DNA from: Macrostomum lignano | Lineage: Eukaryota | Reading direction: 5' to 3' | Assembly: GCA_002269645.1 (NCBI GenBank) | Contig: NIVC01002491.1 | Coordinates: 62,001-126,000 of the forward strand | DNA: 64,000 bases | Shown: positions 59,468 to 64,000 of the stretch, one piece after another | How the letters are laid out: each line of letters begins with the position of its first letter | Numbering within the stretch: position 1 is the first letter of the stretch | Notes under the pieces: generated by a model | What the model was told of the DNA's origin: nothing | Databases searched by the model: none | What the model saw: only the letters and a program-made list of their open reading frames with translations | Program-made: the position numbers and the translations under genes

Positions 59468-61254
59468 TTGAGTCTGATGCTTGTGAACTGGTTTGAGATG
59501 TGAGTCTGATGCTTGTGAACTGGTTTGAGATGTGAGTCTGATGCTTGTGAACTGGTTTGAGATGTGAGTCTGATGCTTGTGAACTGGTTTGAGATGTGAG
59601 TCTGATGCTTGTGAACTGGTTTGAGATGTGAGTCTAATGCTTGTGAACTGGTTTGAGATGTGAGTCTGATGCTTGTGAACTGGTTTGAGATGTGAGTCTG
59701 ATGCTTGTGAACTGGTTTGAGATGTGAGTCTAATGCTTGTGAACTGGTTTGAGATGTGAGTCTGATGCTTGTGAACTGGTTTGAGATGTGAGTCTGATGC
59801 TTGTGAACTGGTTTGAGATGTGAGTCTGATGCTTGTGAACTGGTTTGAGATGTGAGTCTGATGCTTGTGAACTGGTTTGAGATGTGAGTCTGATGCTTGT
59901 GAACTGGTTTGAGATGTGAGTCTGATGCTTTTGAACTGGTTTGAGATGTGAGTCTGATGCTTGTGAACTGGTTTGAGATGTGAGTCTGATGCTTGTGAAC
60001 TGGTTTGAGATGTGAGTCTGATGCTTGTGAACTGGTTTGAGATGTGAGTCTGATGCTTGTGAACTGGTTTGAGATGTGAGTCTGATGCTTGTGAACTGGT
60101 TTGAGATGTGAGTCTGATGCTTGTGAACTGGTTTGAGATGTGAGTCTGATGCTTGTGAACTGGTTTGAGATGTGAGTCTGATGCTTGTGAACTGGTTTGA
60201 GATGTGAGTCTGATGCTTTTGAACAGGTTTGAGATGTGAGTCTGATGCTTGTGAACTGGTTTGAGATGTGAGTCTGATGCTTGTGAACTGGTTTGAGATG
60301 TGAGTCTGATGCTTGTGAACTGGTTTGAGATGTGAGTCTGATGCTTGTGAACTGGTTTGAGATGTGAGTCTGATGCTTGTGAACTGGTTTGAGATGTGAG
60401 TCTGATGCTTTTGAACTGGTTTGAGATGTGAGTCTGATGCTTGTGAACTGGTTTGAGATGTGAGTCTGATGCTTGTGAACTGGTTTGAGATGTGAGTCTG
60501 ATGCTTGTGAACTGGTTTGAGATGTGAGTCTGATGCTTGTGAACTGGTTTGAGATGTGAGTCTGATGCTTGTGAACTGGTTTGAGATGTGAGTCTGATGC
60601 TTGTGAACTGGTTTGAGATGTGAGTCTGATGCTTGTGAACTGGTTTGAGATGTGAGTCTGATGCTTGTGAACTGGTTTGAGATGTGAGTCTGATGCTTGT
60701 GAACTGGTTTGAGATGTGAGTCTGATGCTTTTGAACAGGTTTGAGATGTGAGTCTGATGCTTGTGAACTGGTTTGAGATGTGAGTCTGATGCTTGTGAAC
60801 TGGTTTGAGATGTGAGTCTGATGCTTGTGAACTGGTTTGAGATGTGAGTCTGATGCTTGTGAACTGGTTTGAGATGTGAGTCTGATGCTTGTGAACTGGT
60901 TTGAGATGTGAGTCTGATGCTTGTGAACTGGTTTGAGATGTGAGTCTGATGCTTGTGAACTGGTTTGAGATGTGAGTCTGATGCTTGTGAACTGGTTTGA
61001 GATGTGAGTCTGATGCTTGTGAACTGGTTTGAGATGTGAGTCTGATGCTTGTGAACTGGTTTGAGATGTGAGTCTGATGCTTGTGAACTGGTTTGAGATG
61101 TGAGTCTGATGCTTGTGAACTGGTTTGAGATGTGAGTCTGATGCTTGTGAACTGGTTTGAGATGTGAGTCTGATGCTTGTGAACTGGTTTGAGATGTGAG
61201 TCTGATGCTTGTGAACTGGTTTGAGATGTGAGTCTGATGCTTGTGAACTGGTTT
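59468..61254. repeat. 32-bp near-perfect minisatellite (tgagtctgatgcttgtgaactggtttgagatg), about 56 copies
   Basis: Direct periodicity; source of the 656-aa repeat ORF. Confidence 0.97.
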
Positions 61255-61699
61255 CAATTTTTATAATGACGCTCAGGTATTGCTGTGGTGTTACTTAAAT
61301 AATAATTTTTTCAGAACATCTGCACTTCTCTTGGAAAAAATCAGCTCCTCAATGTTTCTATTCATCAGCGAGGTCGGCCACAGATGAAACTTTATCCCAA
61401 ACCAAAGTCCAGCTGCCCAGTGATGGAGCAATTCGGCCGTTTGCCGCTGCAATCCCAGAAGTGGCCTTCCCCAAGGCCTGACTGCCTCCCCCCAGCAGCT
61501 GCCGGCAGTCTAAGTGGCCCAATGGCCGATACGAAGGGCTCGAAGTCTAATTTAATTTGCCTGTCCGGCCCCCGGAGCGATTCGTTCGTTTAAAAAGATT
61601 TTTTTCGGACACGAATTCGGCCTGCAGAGGCATTGGGAAAATATGTTGATCTGTGCGCTGTGGTCTGAATGCCTCTCAATTTATACTTGAGGCATGATC

Positions 61700-62060
61700 T
61701 GATATGAGACTGATGAGATGTGAGACTGATGAGATTTGAGACTGATGAGATGTGAGACTGATGAGATACCGTATGAGACTGATGAGATGTGAGACTGATG
61801 AGATTTGAGACTGATGAGATATGAGACTGATGAGATATGAGACTGATGAGATATGAGACTGATGAGATATGAGACTGATGAGATGTGATATAGATGAGAT
61901 GTGAGACTGATGAGATATGAGACTGATGAGATGTGATACAGATGAGATGTGAGACTGATGAGATATGAGGCTGATGAGATGTGATACTGATGAGATATGA
62001 GACTGATGAGATGTGAGACTAATTAAGTATGAGAGTGATGATATATGAGATTATGAGATG
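61700..62060. repeat. 16-bp minisatellite (gagactgatgagat[a/g]t)
   Basis: Direct periodicity. Confidence 0.9.
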
Positions 62061-62369
62061 GGAGTACGGAGATATAAGGGACCTGATAAGTTGATCAATT
62101 TTTTGCCCAGTAGCATGAGTTTGCTCAGCCATGCGGATTCATTTTAAACGAATAAAAAAATTGTCTTCTCACCTGGTTTCAATATTAATAAATTTGGAGC
62201 TGTCAAGATCACCGATATAAAGGGGCGCGTTTTTGAATTTAAAAATGATTAATTTGCAAAATTGCAGCAGGTTACGCTGAAGCGGTGCTGATCAATATTG
62301 TTTGTGCGGATGCAGCCGTTCCCCATGCCTGTCTTGCTTGCTCTATTATCCACACTCATCCGCCTCATC

Positions 62370-62450
62370 GGAGCCCTCCCGCCCCCTGATTGGTCAGTGA
62401 GGGCAGCGTCACCCTTCTGCCCTGGACCAATAGGATGAGCGGGAGAAACA
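62370..62450. promoter_or_regulatory. Candidate promoter elements (GC box and two CCAAT boxes)
   Basis: CCCGCCCCC, ATTGG and CCAAT clustered in a GC-rich patch; target transcript unknown. Confidence 0.3.
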
Positions 62451-62494
62451 CTCTGTGACTGCCTCTCCTCTTCCTTTGTAGCGGCTGGCTGGTG

Positions 62495-63505
62495 AGATGT
62501 GTGCTCACTCCAACAGGTGCATAATATGTGTGCTCACTCCAACAGGTGTGAGATGTGTGCTCACTCCAACAGGTGTGAGATGTGTGCTCACTCCAACAGG
62601 TGTGAGATGTGTGCTCACTCCAACAGGTGTGAGATGTGTGCTCACTCCAACAGGTGTGAGATGTGTGCTCACTCCAACAGGTGTGAGATGTGTGCTCACT
62701 CCAACAGGTGTGAGATGTGTGCTCACTCCAACAGGTGTGAGATGTGTGCTCACTCCAACAGGTGCATAATATGTGTGCTCACTCCAACAGGTGTGGTGAT
62801 ATCTGTGCTCACTCCAACAGGTGTGGTGAGATGTGTGCTCACTCCAACAGGTGCATAATATGTGTGCTCACTCCAACAGGTGCATAATATGTGTGTTCAC
62901 TCCAACAGGTGCATAATATGTGTGTTCACTCCAACAGGTGCATAATATGTGTGCTCACTCCAACAGGTGCATAATATGTGTGCTCACTCCAACAGGTGCA
63001 TAATATGTGTGTTCACTCCAACAGGTGCATAATATGTGTGTTCACTCCAACAGGTGCATAATATGTGTGTTCACTCCAACAGGTGCATAATATGTGTGCT
63101 CACTCCAACAGGTGCATAATATGTGTGCTCACTCCAACAGGTGTGAGATGTGTGCTCACTCCAACAGGTGTGAGATGTGTGCTCACTCCAACAGGTGCAT
63201 AATATGTGTGCTCACTCCAACAGGTGTGAGATGTGTGCTCACTCCAACAGGTGTGAGATGTGTGCTCACTCCAACAGGTGCATAATATGTGTGCTCACTC
63301 CAACAGGTGTGAGATGTGTGCTCACTCCAACAGGTGTGAGATGTGTGCTCACTCCAACAGGTGTGAGATGTGTGCTCACTCCAACAGGTGTGGTGAGATG
63401 TGTGTTCACTCCAACAGGTTCATAATATGTGAGCTCACTCAAACAGGTGTGAGATGTGTGCTCACTCCAACAGGTGTGGTGATATCTGTGCTCACTCCAA
63501 CAGGT
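62495..63505. repeat. 27/29-bp minisatellite (gtgtgctcactccaacaggtg[tgagat/cataatat])
   Basis: Two unit types read directly. Confidence 0.95.
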
Positions 63506-64000
63506 GAACCTGTTTACTAGAAGTAGATTTTTACAAATATTACAAGATGTGTTTATTAAAAAGTGCGGCCAGCAGTATAGATATGTTTCGCGGTTGATAA
63601 GGCATAATTATTAATGCTCGTAAATAACAAAATCTGTGCTGCTCTCCGAGTGCCCATTAAATCAATATGGAGCAATTGGCGTCGAGACACGGGAGAGAAG
63701 ACAGGGGAGGCTGGCTATAAAAGCCAAAGCTGAGTATAGCTCCATCCCTCGATCGTGCAGCAGGGAGAGGGGCGGAAGCAGGATGAAGGCCACTTAAATC
63801 TCTTCGAATTTGTACTTTTATTCGATGGCTACAGATATGGCTTCAGTTTTTATCGAAAGCTCCGTCTGATTAACTTATTTATATTATGGTCAGGCATCAG
63901 GGCATGTTCCCCCATAGCTTTTACTGGAAGGACATGTCCCCCCTGACCCCCGGTGGCGACGCGCCTGAGCATAGACATTTAGCTGAAGCAATTGCGGCCT

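Noticed and set aside
59287-61257. 656-aa His/Ser/Gln repeat ORF
   Set aside because: 32-bp unit (not a multiple of 3) that happens to lack stops on the minus strand
63925-63970. Possible transposon terminus (ggacatgtcccccctgacccccggtggcgacgcgcctg)
   Set aside because: Only one end is visible in the window; no TSD or partner TIR

Overview
Eukaryotic, intron-rich animal genomic DNA with GC-rich exons separated by AT-rich or tandem-repeat DNA. The gene set, the RTE LINE family and the extreme minisatellite density suggest a free-living flatworm such as Macrostomum; this is an inference, not a database result. Seven protein-coding genes were assembled by hand from splice signals and protein homology: (1) the 3' end of a FUBP/KHSRP/PSI-like KH-domain gene (+); (2) a complete 5-exon SLC1A/EAAT glutamate transporter (+, 539 aa); (3) an unrecognised 71-aa secreted 6-Cys peptide (-); (4) a complete 6-exon ERK/MAPK (-, 361 aa, TEY); (5) a 3-exon innexin (+, 449 aa) with a GC-AG intron that is in-frame and stop-free; (6) a single-domain rhodanese (+, 121 aa); (7) a rhodopsin-class peptide GPCR with two coding exons (-, 432 aa). 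Mobile DNA includes a 5'-truncated Ngaro/DIRS-type tyrosine-recombinase retroelement end, a decayed Ty3/Gypsy element with one LTR, three LINE 3' fragments and two related MITEs with 8-bp TSDs. Roughly 40% of the window (my estimate, about 26 kb) consists of about 36 mostly unrelated minisatellite arrays. They occupy 11 of the 13 fully delimited coding introns, often sit close to splice sites and never enter coding exons. Most long ORFs in the track are translations of these arrays. No rRNA, tRNA or CRISPR was recognised. Repeat-array boundaries are approximate.
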